Source of the DNA: an uncultured delta proteobacterium
Lineage (GTDB): Bacteria; Myxococcota; UBA727; VGSZ01
Assembly (NCBI GenBank): GCA_963775425.1
Contig: CAVZJB010000004.1
Location: 352,001 to 416,000, forward strand
Direction of reading: 5' to 3'
Length of the DNA stretch: 64,000 nucleotides
Below, piece after piece: positions 8,749 through 18,832 of the stretch; position 1 is the first letter of the stretch; each line of letters starts with the position of its first letter. The notes below the pieces were generated by a model, which was not told the DNA's origin, did no database searches, and worked only from the letters and a program-made list of their open reading frames with translations. Made by a program: the position numbers and the translations under genes.

Positions 8749-10197
8749 TCAGGCCGGCTCCGTCACCACGCCCGGCGGGTCGGGGATGGGCCCCACCATC
8801 TTGCGGATGAACGGGACGTGCGGCTCCGTCTCCGCGCGGCCGTTGTCGACGGCGCGGTGAAACTCCGTCTGCGACGGCACCACGGCGAGGGGCGAGAGCA
8901 CCTTCTTGAACGTGAGCGTCATGTGCGCGACGGCGCGGCCCGCGCGCGTGTTCTCGGCGGCGATGCGCATGAGCGGCAGGAACAACAGGTGCTTGGTGGA
9001 GAGCTGCGGCGCGAACGCGTCCATGGCGAGGACGAAAGGATCGCGGTCGCCGCATGCGCCGCCCTGCACCGCGCGCCACGCCTCGCGCGCGGGGAGGTTG
9101 TCGGCGAGTCCGCCGTCGACGAGACGGAACACGCCCTCGCGCCTCATCAGCTCGCTCACGAGCTCCACCATGCGCGGGTCGTCGCGCAGGATGTCGTAGT
9201 GGATGACGCCGGGCACGGCCGACGAGAAGCCCACGGCGTCGAGCACGTCGAACTCGCTCGTGAGGGAGTCGCCGCCGACGTAGATCGGGCGCACCGGTTG
9301 GCGCCCCATCTCCGACAGCGCGCGCCCGATGCTCGCCGCGCGCGAGCGCAGCGCGCGCACGTCGGCGACGGCGTCGTCGAGGAGGTGGGCGTAGCGCTCG
9401 AGCTCGTCGGTGCTCTCCGCGGGGCCCTGCACGAGGCCGGCGATGGTGACCCGGAGCGGAATCTCGAGCTCGTTCAGCCTGAGGAAGTGGCCGTCGGCCT
9501 CGAACTCGTGGCCGATGACCTCGCGCAGGTAGAGCTTGAGCGTGGCGGGCAGCCCGAAGCGGCTCTCGGTCTCGAACAGGCGAAAGACCTTCTTCCACGA
9601 CAGCCGGGCGAGCAGCGACGAGATGTTCTTCAAAGAGAACTCCCGCTGCTTGCAGCGAAACGCGGCGATCACCGCGCCCATCGACGTCCCCGCGATGAGC
9701 GAAGGCACGAGGCCCGCTTCATCGAGCACCTGCATCGCGCCGACGTAGACGTAGCCCGTGCCGCCGCCGCCACCAAGCGCCAGGGCCAACGGGCGCCGGC
9801 GCGTGCAGCGGTCGAGGCTGCGAGCGGGCATGCGGTTGCCGAAGAGGGACAACAGCGAGGCGCGCTCATCGTGGACGAGCTGGCGCACCGCGCCAATCTG
9901 CGCGCGCACACCGTCGCGCGACAGCACCTTGTCCCCGTCGACGCAGAGCTCCAGCGTGCGGTGGAGCTGCTGGCGGTAGGCGTTGGTGGCGTGGTCCACC
10001 TCGACCACGTCCGGGGTCCCCTCGCTCGGCAGCACGTTCACCGCCGAGATGCGCGCGAGCGAGAGCGCCCAGCGCAGCGCGGCTTCGTCGTGCGGCGCGA
10101 GCCACGTGGGGTCGGCGGCGGCCGCGCGCATCAGCGCGACCTCCATCGCCTGAAGCTCGCGCAGGTGCGGGCGGCGCAGATCTGGATGCGTTTCCAA
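8749..10197 (-). CDS. Patatin-like phospholipase
   Basis: LALGGGGGTG, GTSMG nucleophile elbow, DGG motif. TTG start chosen tentatively. Confidence 0.85.
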   Translation of the reverse strand: METHPDLRRPHLRELQAMEVALMRAAAADPTWLAPHDEAALRWALSLARISAVNVLPSEGTPDVVEVDHATNAYRQQLHRTLELCVDGDKVLSRDGVRAQIGAVRQLVHDERASLLSLFGNRMPARSLDRCTRRRPLALALGGGGGTGYVYVGAMQVLDEAGLVPSLIAGTSMGAVIAAFRCKQREFSLKNISSLLARLSWKKVFRLFETESRFGLPATLKLYLREVIGHEFEADGHFLRLNELEIPLRVTIAGLVQGPAESTDELERYAHLLDDAVADVRALRSRAASIGRALSEMGRQPVRPIYVGGDSLTSEFDVLDAVGFSSAVPGVIHYDILRDDPRMVELVSELMRREGVFRLVDGGLADNLPAREAWRAVQGGACGDRDPFVLAMDAFAPQLSTKHLLFLPLMRIAAENTRAGRAVAHMTLTFKKVLSPLAVVPSQTEFHRAVDNGRAETEPHVPFIRKMVGPIPDPPGVVTEPA

Positions 10198-10267
10198 CGC
10201 GGTCAGCGCCTCAACCTCGCTCCCTCCCCCTCCACGTCGAGTGTACCAATGAGCGCCGCCGCTGGGC

Positions 10268-12325
10268 TCACGCGCGCTTCTGTCGCGTGGGGAGCCCGGC
10301 GAGGCGGAGCTCGGCGAGCGCCTCGGCGTTGTCGGGGTTGCAGACGAGGGCCTGCTCGAACGCCTTTTGCGCGTCGAGCGGGCGGCCCATGCGCGTGAGC
10401 ACACGGCCGAGGAAGATGTGCGCGCGATCGAGGCGCGGGCTGAGCTGGATGCCTTCCTGGAGACGCTTCATGGCGTCTGCCTGCACCACCGCGTCGTCGG
10501 GGCTCTCGAGGAAGAGCGCCCAGCCGAGGTGCGCGTGGAACTCGCCCTCGTCGGGATAAAGCTCCACCGCCTCCCGAAAGAGGGCCGCCGCCTTGCCGTA
10601 GCTCCCCGCGTGCAGCGCCCCCTCGCCTTTGCGGAAGCGCCCCTCGGCCGCGAGGATCTTGCCGAGCTCGTCGGAGACGCCGGTCTTTTGGCCTTGCTCG
10701 AGGCGCTTCACGTATTCGGCGCGCTTGTTGTCGTCGTGCAGCGTCTCGTGCGCGACCTCGAGCTGCGCGGCGATCTGCTCGGCGAGCGCGCGCGCGTCGG
10801 CGGGCACCGGGCCGCGCAGCTTGTCGGGGTGCACCTCTTTGACGAGCGCGTGATAGGCCCGGTTGATCTCGTCGGTGGCCGCGCTGCGCGAGACGCCGAG
10901 CATCTCGAAGAACGTCTGGCGGCGCATGGCGCGCGCGCGATCCATGAGCTTGCCGCGCACCTCTTCATAGGGGACCCCCTCGAGGCTGACGGGGCGTCGC
11001 GCGGCGTGGAAGACGCCCTCGCCGCGCTTCTTGAGCGGAGGCGGCCGGGCGCTGGCGGCGGCGAGCGCGTCACGGCGCTTGGCGGCCTTGGACTGCGGCT
11101 GGATGGTCTCGGTGGCGAGCAGCGCGTACACGAGCTGCTTGGCGTGAAGCCGGGACAGGCCGCTCTTTTCGATGACCTCGTGCATCGTGCGCCGGCCGTC
11201 GACGAGCGCGAGCAACTGGCGCTCGTCGGCCTCGAGCGAGAGGTCCTGGTAGCGATAGCCGGGGTCGGGGTGCGGGCCCACGTACGCCTCGAGGAACGGC
11301 TCCAGCAAATCGTCGAGCAGGCCCTCGCTGAAGCGGCGGCGCACGCCCTCGTACACGATGGTGGCGAGGGACATGTCGAGGTGAACGGTCTGCGGCGGGA
11401 TCTCGATCTTCGCGTTGAACTGATAGTCGCCGTCGGGCCACGCGAAGATGTCGAACAGCTTCTGCTCGAGCTGGAGCTGCAGCGCGAACACCAGGTTGTG
11501 CGGCGAGATGCACCCCATCTCGATGAGCACGGTGCCCTGCTGGCGCCCCGGTCTGTCCTTCATGAGCTGCAGCGAGCGCTCGCACTCCTCGTCGGAGATC
11601 ATCTTCTCCCGCACCAGCACCCGGCCGAGGCACTCGGAGAGCAGGTTGCTCTTCACGAAGATGGGGTAGCCCTCCTTCAGGTACACGATCTTCTTCGTGC
11701 GATCGCGGCGCAGGAGGAGCGCGCCCGTGGCCCGCCAGCGGTAGAGCTGCGCGATGACCTCGGGGAAGCGCTTGTGCTTCAGGTTGCCCTTGGCGACGCG
11801 GGGGCCGGTGAAGCTGTTCTCCGCGCGCTCCACCTCCTTTTGCTCGAGGCGGGTGTCGAAGTCGGCGAGGGGGTCGTCGCCGACGTCGCCGAGCGAGGGG
11901 AGCCCCTTGGCCTTGGGGCGCGCGGGCGTCGTGCGCAGCCGCGGGTACTCCGGCCCGAGGGCCTCCCGCAGGGCCTCGATGAGCGCGATGAGCTCGAAGG
12001 GCTTGTCGAAGTAGGCCTGCACCCCGAGCCGCTCGCGGGCGTCCCGCTTGTGCTTGCTGGCGCGGTAGATGCCGCTGACCGCGATGACGGGGACCTCCTT
12101 GCCGCCGGGCATCCGCCGCAGCTCCTCGATGAGCTCGAAGCCGCCCAGGGAGGGCAGCAGGATGTCCGTGATGAGCACGTCCGGCAGCCGGCGCTTGAGC
12201 GCCCGCAGGCCCCACTCGCCGTCCTTTTCGCACATGACCTGGAAGCCCTCCTGCTCGAGGGCGTCGCGCAGCAGGCTCTGGATCCCTTTGTCGTCCTCGA
12301 CGACGAGCGCGGTCTTGGCGGCCAT
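10268..12325 (-). CDS. Response regulator receiver + DUF4388-like + DnaJ J-domain + TPR protein
   Basis: REC (VVEDD, ITDILLP, KPF), GNLK...FPEVIAQL...TGALLL (DUF4388-like), J-domain with HPD (FFEMLGV...EVHPDK), C-terminal TPRs. Confidence 0.85.
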   Translation of the reverse strand: MAAKTALVVEDDKGIQSLLRDALEQEGFQVMCEKDGEWGLRALKRRLPDVLITDILLPSLGGFELIEELRRMPGGKEVPVIAVSGIYRASKHKRDARERLGVQAYFDKPFELIALIEALREALGPEYPRLRTTPARPKAKGLPSLGDVGDDPLADFDTRLEQKEVERAENSFTGPRVAKGNLKHKRFPEVIAQLYRWRATGALLLRRDRTKKIVYLKEGYPIFVKSNLLSECLGRVLVREKMISDEECERSLQLMKDRPGRQQGTVLIEMGCISPHNLVFALQLQLEQKLFDIFAWPDGDYQFNAKIEIPPQTVHLDMSLATIVYEGVRRRFSEGLLDDLLEPFLEAYVGPHPDPGYRYQDLSLEADERQLLALVDGRRTMHEVIEKSGLSRLHAKQLVYALLATETIQPQSKAAKRRDALAAASARPPPLKKRGEGVFHAARRPVSLEGVPYEEVRGKLMDRARAMRRQTFFEMLGVSRSAATDEINRAYHALVKEVHPDKLRGPVPADARALAEQIAAQLEVAHETLHDDNKRAEYVKRLEQGQKTGVSDELGKILAAEGRFRKGEGALHAGSYGKAAALFREAVELYPDEGEFHAHLGWALFLESPDDAVVQADAMKRLQEGIQLSPRLDRAHIFLGRVLTRMGRPLDAQKAFEQALVCNPDNAEALAELRLAGLPTRQKRA

Positions 12326-12401
12326 GCCCGGCCGAACATACATGAAGTCGCCACGCGCGGGATCCCATCGACGCCGCCACGCGCCGCTGTACACTCGCGC
12401 C

Positions 12402-12830
12402 ATGGCTCGCTTCGTCGACCTCGTCGCGGTCGAGGGACCCGACAAGGGGATGCGCTACACCGTCGAAGAGGGCACGTATCGGGTGCTCGCCCGCGCCGCC
12501 GACGAGCGCTCCTCCACCCTCCACATGACGCCCGAGGGAGACCGCGCGCTCGACGTCGAGCAGGAGCGGCTCCTCGACGACGTCTTCCGCTCCCGCTCCA
12601 CCGGCGTGCGGACGCAGATGAAGCGCCGCGGCCCCGACATCGTCCTGCGCGACGGCTCCGTCAGCCGCACCCACGCCCTGGTCTTCGTCGACAAGGCCTC
12701 GGCGAGCGTGGTGGACCTGATGTCGACCAACGGCACCAAGGTGAACGGCGCCCCCGTCCGCGACGTCGACGTCCGCGCGGGCGACGTCGTCCACATCGGC
12801 AAGACCAAGCTGAAGATCGAAGACGGCTAA
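12402..12830 (+). CDS. Single FHA domain protein
   Basis: VEGPDKG...VSRTHA..VDLMSTNGTKVNG...GDVVHIG. Confidence 0.8.
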   Translation: MARFVDLVAVEGPDKGMRYTVEEGTYRVLARAADERSSTLHMTPEGDRALDVEQERLLDDVFRSRSTGVRTQMKRRGPDIVLRDGSVSRTHALVFVDKASASVVDLMSTNGTKVNGAPVRDVDVRAGDVVHIGKTKLKIEDG

Positions 12831-12870
12831 GCCCCGGGATCCGCGGGGGGAATATTCGGCCCCCGGTCCG

Positions 12871-12896
12871 GTAACCGGCGGGCGATGGGCCCCGTA
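12871..12896 (+). promoter_or_regulatory. Putative ECF sigma promoter GTAACC-N16-CGTA
   Basis: GTAACC at 12871, 16-nt spacer, CGTA at 12893, about 60 nt upstream of the ECF gene; one mismatch to the GTAACC-N16-CGAA motif recalled for SigF/NrsF-type ECFs. Confidence 0.6.
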
Positions 12897-12955
12897 ATCC
12901 CCATGTGAACGTCGCGCTTGCGATCTCGAGCCTTCCCTGGGCAGCCTCGGGACCA

Positions 12956-13510
12956 ATGGACACAGCCCGGGAATCCAGCGTCAGCGATGAAGAGCTGATG
13001 GACCGGTACTGCGCCGGCGACGGCGGGGCCTTCGACGCCCTGTTCCGCCGCTACAGCGCGCGGCTGCTCCGGTTCACGCGGCCCATCGTGGGTGCGGCCC
13101 AGGCGCCGGACGTCGTACAGGTCACCTTCCTCAAGCTCCACGAGAGCCGGCACCGCTACCGCACGGGATCGCGCCTGTCGTCGTGGCTGTTCACCATCGC
13201 CCGCAACACCGCGCTCGACCACGTCCGCTCGGCCCCGGTGCGCAAGGAGGTCCACAAGGACGCCGACGCCCCCGCCGACGCGGTCAGCCGTGACCCGCTG
13301 GCGGTCGAGCGCGTGCGCAGGGCGGTCGGCGACCTGCCCGCGGACCAGCGCGACGTCGTGCTCCTGCACTGGTTCGCCGACCTCGGGTTCGACGAGATCG
13401 CACAGGTGTTGAAGGCGTCGTCGGTGGCGGTGCGCGCACGGGCGCACCGGGCCTACGAAAAGCTGCGCGTGACCCTCGGCGAGGTCGGGAACGCGGGGGG
13501 GGCCGCATGA
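12956..13510 (+). CDS. ECF RNA polymerase sigma-70 factor
   Basis: SDEELM...AFDALFRRY, DVVQVTFLKL, SWLFTIARN, region 4 LP..QRDVV..EIAQVL...RAHRA. Confidence 0.9.
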   Translation: MDTARESSVSDEELMDRYCAGDGGAFDALFRRYSARLLRFTRPIVGAAQAPDVVQVTFLKLHESRHRYRTGSRLSSWLFTIARNTALDHVRSAPVRKEVHKDADAPADAVSRDPLAVERVRRAVGDLPADQRDVVLLHWFADLGFDEIAQVLKASSVAVRARAHRAYEKLRVTLGEVGNAGGAA

Positions 13511-14187
13511 GCGACGCCGAGCTTCCCCACAGCCTGCCCGGCGGCGTCCGCGAGGACGACAGCGCCCTCGGCCTCGACGCCCTCGAGGGCCTGCGCGCCC
13601 GCATCGAGAAGCACGTCGACGAGACCCAGGGCGCCTGGGCGCGCAAGCCCGCGTGGCAGCGCGCCTGGCCCGTGGCGCTCGCGCTGCTGGCGGCGGCGGG
13701 GTGGGTCACGACCATCCTGCGCGGCGGCGGCGCCGTCGGCGTCGCGGCGGCGCTGGCCATCGCAGCTTCAGCGGCGGCGTTCATCGCGGTCGCGCGCGCG
13801 CCGCGCCACCCGCGCTGGTCGGATCGCGCCGCGATCATCGCGCTCGCCGGCGGCGCGGTCGCGCTGGCGGCGGAGATCGGCTTGTCGGCGACGGCGCCAC
13901 CGGTGGCCGGCAACGACGTCATGTGCATCCGCGCCATCATCACCGGCTCCGTCCTGCCGGTGGCGTGCCTCGCGCTCTATCTGCGCCTGGCCCGGGCCCC
14001 GGCGCGCATGTTCCACGTCGCCGCCATCGCCGGCGCCGCGTTCCTCGCGTCCGCCGCCGCCGTGTGGGCCCACTGTCCCGGCACCGCGCTCAGCCACGTG
14101 CTCGTGGCGCACACCGGGGTGCCGCTCGCCGTCGCCGTCGTCATCGCCCTCGCCATGCGCCCGCTGCTCCGCGGCACGCGGCTGTAG
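13507..14187 (+). CDS. NrsF-like multi-TM anti-sigma factor
   Basis: ATGA-coupled to the ECF gene; about 6 hydrophobic segments; conserved-looking C...HCP...HVLVAH. Confidence 0.7.
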   Translation: MSDAELPHSLPGGVREDDSALGLDALEGLRARIEKHVDETQGAWARKPAWQRAWPVALALLAAAGWVTTILRGGGAVGVAAALAIAASAAAFIAVARAPRHPRWSDRAAIIALAGGAVALAAEIGLSATAPPVAGNDVMCIRAIITGSVLPVACLALYLRLARAPARMFHVAAIAGAAFLASAAAVWAHCPGTALSHVLVAHTGVPLAVAVVIALAMRPLLRGTRL

Positions 14188-14197
14188 GGCGTCGTCG

Positions 14198-17014
14198 TCA
14201 GCCCAGGCGCAGCAGGATCCGGCCGCTGAGCTCGCGGATGGTCGCCGCCGCCTGCGCCAGCCGATCGTAGAGGGCGGCGCCGCCGGGGCCGGGGATGACG
14301 CCGGCGCGGGTGAGCAGGTCCAGGCGCGCGTCGCCCGCCGTCACCGCGGGCGCGCGGCGATCGTCGACGAGGGCGAGCGCCTCTCGCGCGGTCTGGAGCT
14401 CCATCCACGCGTCTTCGAGGGCGCGCGCGGTGGCGACGGCGAGGTGGCCGCGCCGCGCCAGGTGTCGGAGCGCGCGGCGTGTGGACGGACACCACACGCG
14501 GTGCGCGAGCTGAAGGCCTTGCACGGCGAACTCCACGTCGGCGAGGCCCCCCTCGCCCATCTTGAGGTCGAGGCCGTGGGGGGAGGCGCGCTCGGCCACC
14601 ATGCGCGCGCGCATGTCGAGCAGGCGCGCGCCGAGGCCGGCGGGCGGCGGCGCGTCGAGCGCTGCCCGGCGCGCGGCGGCGACGGCGGCGCGGCCGAGGT
14701 CGGGGTCGCCGGCGACGAAGCGCGCGCGCAGCAGCGCCTGCTTCTCCCACGGCGCCGAGGCGCGCCGGTGGTAGTCGACGAACGTCGCGAGGCTCGTCGT
14801 CAGGGCGCCCTGCGAGCCGCTCGGGCGCAGGCGCGGATCGACCTCGTAGCAGGCGCCCTCCGCGAGCGGCGCCGACAGCGCCCAGATCACCTGCTGCGCC
14901 GTGCGCGCGGCCATCTCGCCGGCGCCGACGGGGCGAGGACCGTCGGACTCGTCGTCGGCGGCGGCGCCGTCGTAGACGAAGAAGAGGTCGAGGTCGCGAA
15001 AGAAGCCGACCTCGCGTCCGCCGAGGGAGCCGAGCGCGAGGACGGCGAAGCGCATGCCGGCGATGCGCCCGTGGCGCGCGTCGATGCGCTCCGCCGCGAG
15101 CGCCACCGCCTCGTCGAGGAGGCCGTCGGCGAGCGCCGACAGCGAGAGCTGGGCCGTCGATACGTCGGCGGCGCCCGCGAAGAACGACAACGCCACCGAC
15201 AGTGTGCGTCGCCCGTGGACGCGCCGCAGGGCGACCAGCGCCTGCTCGACGTCGTCGACGGCGCCGGCGGGAGCGCGCGTGCGCTGCGGGGCGCGCTCCG
15301 CCGCGAGGTCGGCGCGCACCTGGCCGCGGCGCAGGCGCGACGGCGGCGGCGGGCGCGTGAGGATCTCATCGAGCCCGTGGTGCCGCGCGAGCAAGCGTGA
15401 CAGCGGGGCGCTCGTGGCGAGGAGCCGGGTGGCGAGGGCAAGCGTGCGACGATCGTGGGTGAGCCGGGAGAGCGACGCGCGCGGGACCCGCTCGAGGAAG
15501 AGGTCCGGGAGGCGCGCGAGCGCGGACATCGGATCGGGGCTCTTGGCGACGTGATCGAGCAGGTGCGCCGCCGCCTGCGCCGTCTCCGCGGGCGTCACCG
15601 TCACCGCGCGCGCCTGCTCGGGCGCGAACGGCGAGCCCCGCCGCCGCTCGAGGACGCGCACGAGCGTGAACGCACGCGCCGCGTCCTCGAAGCCGAGCGC
15701 CGCCAGGGCCGCCGTGCGCGCGGCGTCGGGCTCCGTCCGGTCGAGCGCGCGTCGCGCCTCCGCCGACGGGGCGTCTCGATCCTCGCCGAGGAGGCGCGAG
15801 AACGTGGCGTGGACGCGGGCGCGGGTGCGCGTGAGCACGTCGTCGAACGGCCGACGGAGCGCAGCCGCGCGCGCGACGGCGGCGGCGACGCGATCGTGCT
15901 CGGCGCCGGCCTCGGGGAGGATCTGCGTCTGGCGATCCTCCCCGTATTGCAGCGCGTGCTCGACGCGCCGGAGCAGCACGTACCCGGCGCGCAGGTCGGC
16001 GACGGTCTTGTGCGCCAGGAACCCGCGCGCTTCGAGGCGCTCGAGCAGCTCGACGGTGCTCCCTTCACGCAGGTCGGGGACCTTGCCGCCGTGCAGGAGC
16101 TGGTGCGCCTGCACCACGAACTCCACCTCGCGGATGCCGCCGCGGCCGCGCTTGACGTCGAAGCCGTCGGCGGTGGCGCTCGCGGTCACGCGGTGCTTCA
16201 TGGCGAAGAGCTCGTCGACGGCGCGCTCGTCGACGCTCCGGGGGAACACGAACGGCCTGAGCCGCTTGTCGACCTGGGCGGCGACGCCCTCCGCCCCGCG
16301 AGGCGCTCCCTCGTCGACGACGGCGCGCAGCCGCAGGAGGGCGGCGCGCTCCCAGGTTTGACCGAAGCGCTCGTAGTAGCTCTCGAGCGCGTCGACGGAG
16401 TTGGTGAGCGGGCCGGCGCTGCCCTCGGGGCGCAGATCGAGGTCCACGCGAAAGGCGAAGCCGTCGTCGTCGACGTCGTGCAGCAGCGAGCGCACGCCGC
16501 GCGCGAAGTGGACATGCCACTCGTGCGCCGACGCCCCGGAGGCGAGCGCCCCGTCGCGCGCGTAGGCGAACAGCAGGTCCACGTCGGAGGAGGGGTTCAG
16601 CTCGCGTGAGCCGAGCTTGCCGAGCGCGAAGATGGCGCGGCCGACGGGCTCGCCGTCGACGACGGCCGCGCCGAGCTTGGCCTCGGTGTCGGCCGCGGCG
16701 AGGCGCGCGCACAACGAGATGGCGGCGTCGGCGGCGTCGGACCACAGGCGCGCGGTGTCGAGCGGCGACGCCCCGTGCATCTCGGCCGCGGCGGTGTGGA
16801 CGAAGACGCGCGCGCGCAGGAGCCGCACGGCGCGGCGCACGCGGGCCTCGTCGAGGGGGACGCGCGCGAGGACGTCGGCGGGGTGACCGTCGAACGGGAC
16901 GCGCCCCTCGGCGAAGCGCGCGAGTCGCGGCCGGACCTCGACGATGCGAGCGGCCGCCGGCGAGAAGCTGCGCAGCGCCTCGACGAGCTTCACGCCGTCG
17001 GTGGGAGGGGACAC
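14198..17014 (-). CDS. glnE: Glutamine synthetase adenylyltransferase/adenylyl-removing enzyme
   Basis: Two nucleotidyltransferase halves: LGKLGSRELNPSSDVDLLF...RVDLDLRPEG...WERAALLR...DVKRGRGGIREVEF and LGSLGGRE..DLDL..VDPRLRPSGSQG..WEKQALLRAR..DLKMGEGGLADVEF. Start (GTG 17014) inferred. Confidence 0.92.
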   Translation of the reverse strand: MSPPTDGVKLVEALRSFSPAAARIVEVRPRLARFAEGRVPFDGHPADVLARVPLDEARVRRAVRLLRARVFVHTAAAEMHGASPLDTARLWSDAADAAISLCARLAAADTEAKLGAAVVDGEPVGRAIFALGKLGSRELNPSSDVDLLFAYARDGALASGASAHEWHVHFARGVRSLLHDVDDDGFAFRVDLDLRPEGSAGPLTNSVDALESYYERFGQTWERAALLRLRAVVDEGAPRGAEGVAAQVDKRLRPFVFPRSVDERAVDELFAMKHRVTASATADGFDVKRGRGGIREVEFVVQAHQLLHGGKVPDLREGSTVELLERLEARGFLAHKTVADLRAGYVLLRRVEHALQYGEDRQTQILPEAGAEHDRVAAAVARAAALRRPFDDVLTRTRARVHATFSRLLGEDRDAPSAEARRALDRTEPDAARTAALAALGFEDAARAFTLVRVLERRRGSPFAPEQARAVTVTPAETAQAAAHLLDHVAKSPDPMSALARLPDLFLERVPRASLSRLTHDRRTLALATRLLATSAPLSRLLARHHGLDEILTRPPPPSRLRRGQVRADLAAERAPQRTRAPAGAVDDVEQALVALRRVHGRRTLSVALSFFAGAADVSTAQLSLSALADGLLDEAVALAAERIDARHGRIAGMRFAVLALGSLGGREVGFFRDLDLFFVYDGAAADDESDGPRPVGAGEMAARTAQQVIWALSAPLAEGACYEVDPRLRPSGSQGALTTSLATFVDYHRRASAPWEKQALLRARFVAGDPDLGRAAVAAARRAALDAPPPAGLGARLLDMRARMVAERASPHGLDLKMGEGGLADVEFAVQGLQLAHRVWCPSTRRALRHLARRGHLAVATARALEDAWMELQTAREALALVDDRRAPAVTAGDARLDLLTRAGVIPGPGGAALYDRLAQAAATIRELSGRILLRLG

Positions 17015-17227
17015 CGCGGGATTGTCCTGCGCGGCCGGACGCGAAGCAACGCCGGAGCGCGCGCAGCGTGACGTCGTCGTTGACGCCGCGCCCGCCCGAT
17101 CCCGATGCCGCGACGAACGGGCGAAGCCGCGGCGGCGTTCCACACGAGCGCCGCGTTGTCGAGGAGCAGGTGCGCCGTCGACGCACATCGAGCGGACCGC
17201 GGCCCGGCAGTCAGGTAGTCTTGGCCG

Positions 17228-18697
17228 GTGCGTCGCGTCCTCGGCCCGGTGTTGTGGATCGCCTGCTCGAGCCCGCTCGGGTGCGGCTTCTCGCTCGCCT
17301 GCGGTGAGGACGGGGACTGCCCGAGCGGAGAGACGTGCGGCGCGGGGGGCGTCTGCGGCGCCGGCTTCGGCGGTGACGCGGGCGCCTCCGCGGACGCAGG
17401 CATCGTCGGCGACGCCGACGCTGGCGCCACCGAAGACGCCGGCTCCGGAGACGCGGGCTCCGGAGACGCGGGCTCCGGAGACGCGGGCTCCGGAGACGCC
17501 GGCTCCGGCGACGCGGGCTCCGGAGACGCCGGCGCCGTCGACGCCGGCTCCCCTGTCGACGCCGGCTCCGTTGACGCCGGCTCCCCTGTCGACGCCGGCG
17601 CCGTCGACGCCGGGGGAGCGGGAGCCGTGTGCGGCGACGGGAGCGTCGAGCCCGGGGAGGCGTGCGACGACGGAAACCTCGTCGACCGCGACGGCTGCTC
17701 GAGCGCATGCCGCGTGTGGTGGGACGAGGCCTTCTCCGTGCGCGTGCGCGTGGACCTCGCGTCGCCGGCGGCGCAGGACCTCGCGTCGGTCCCCGTGGCG
17801 CTCTCGGTGCCGGCCGCGCTCCTGCCCGCGGACGTGGGCGCGGCCTGCGTCGTCGCACCGGACCAGAAAACGGTGCTCCCGGTCGAGATAGAGCGCCCGG
17901 CGGCCGGCGCCGCACCTTTGCTGTTGTGGACGCGGACCGCGCTCCCCTCGGGCACCAGCTCCGTGTTCGTCTACCCCGGCAGCGACCCCGCCTGCTCCGG
18001 CACCGCCGCGGCCGTGTGGTCCGGCTACGCCGGCGTCTGGCACATGGAGGACCGCGCCGACAGCGTCGCCGGTGTCGCCTTGCAGAACGAGAGCAACGGC
18101 CCCGCCCCCACCGCCGCCGGCGCCCGCGGCGCCGCTTTCGACGTGTCCGCGAGCGGCTGGCCCAAGGTGGAGCCGCCCGGGGACCTGTGGATCGACGGCA
18201 GCGTCACCGTCGAGGCCTGGGGACGCCTCTCGGCGTTCGGCAGCGCCGCCGATTGGGAGAACACGCTCTTTCAGGCCGCCGGTGGCAACCGCGACCAGGC
18301 CTACTTCCTCAACGTCGAAAACGACGGCCGACTGCGCGCCTATTGGGAGACCAGCGCCGGCGCGTACGACCAGAAGAGCACGTCGTCGTTCTCGCTCGCC
18401 CCCGGGGACTGGCACCACTACGCCATGGTCCGCGACGGCGCCGCGCGCACGGTGCGCTTCTTCGTCGACGGCGCCCAGCTCGGAAGCGCCGTGTCGTTCT
18501 CCCGCGCGCCGGCGGACTCGCCCGCGTCGACGTCGTTCCTCTACCTGGGCGGCAATTTCACCGCGACCAGCCGGCGCTTCACGGGCACCCTCGACGAGGT
18601 CCACATCGCGGCCTCGGCGCTGTCCGCGGCCGAGATCGCGGTGTCCCACGCGGCCACCGCCGGCACGCTCGTCGTCGGCACCGTCCGCGAGCCCTGA
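17228..18697 (+). CDS. Secreted/lipoprotein with myxobacterial Cys-rich repeat, DUF2341-like and LamG-like domains
   Basis: CGDGSVEPGEACDDGNLVDRDGCSSAC; VWSGYAGVWHM; VTVEAW...WHHYAMVRD...FFVDG...FTGTLDEV. Confidence 0.75.
   Translation: MRRVLGPVLWIACSSPLGCGFSLACGEDGDCPSGETCGAGGVCGAGFGGDAGASADAGIVGDADAGATEDAGSGDAGSGDAGSGDAGSGDAGSGDAGSGDAGAVDAGSPVDAGSVDAGSPVDAGAVDAGGAGAVCGDGSVEPGEACDDGNLVDRDGCSSACRVWWDEAFSVRVRVDLASPAAQDLASVPVALSVPAALLPADVGAACVVAPDQKTVLPVEIERPAAGAAPLLLWTRTALPSGTSSVFVYPGSDPACSGTAAAVWSGYAGVWHMEDRADSVAGVALQNESNGPAPTAAGARGAAFDVSASGWPKVEPPGDLWIDGSVTVEAWGRLSAFGSAADWENTLFQAAGGNRDQAYFLNVENDGRLRAYWETSAGAYDQKSTSSFSLAPGDWHHYAMVRDGAARTVRFFVDGAQLGSAVSFSRAPADSPASTSFLYLGGNFTATSRRFTGTLDEVHIAASALSAAEIAVSHAATAGTLVVGTVREP
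17435..17613 (+). repeat. 15-bp coding tandem repeat (DAGSG)x6 decaying into VDAG units
   Basis: gacgc(c/g)ggctccgga repeated in frame. Confidence 0.85.
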
Positions 18698-18758
18698 TCA
18701 GCGACCGGAGGGAGCGGCCGCGCTTGAGCAAGGCCGCGGCTCCCTCCGGTCGCTGATC
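18696..18758. repeat. Perfect 20-bp inverted repeat (hairpin)
   Basis: GATCAGCGACCGGAGGGAGC (18696-18715) and GCTCCCTCCGGTCGCTGATC (18739-18758). Confidence 0.85.
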
Positions 18759-18832
18759 CGGCGCCGCAAATTTTCGCGCGCCCCCGCGGATGTCCCTACA
18801 GGCGCCCTCTTCCGCGCCACCGGAGGGACGCC

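Noticed and set aside
14198-18649. 1483-aa GlnE with a long N-terminal extension
   Set aside because: The extension is the antisense of the LamG gene; the true start is near 17014.
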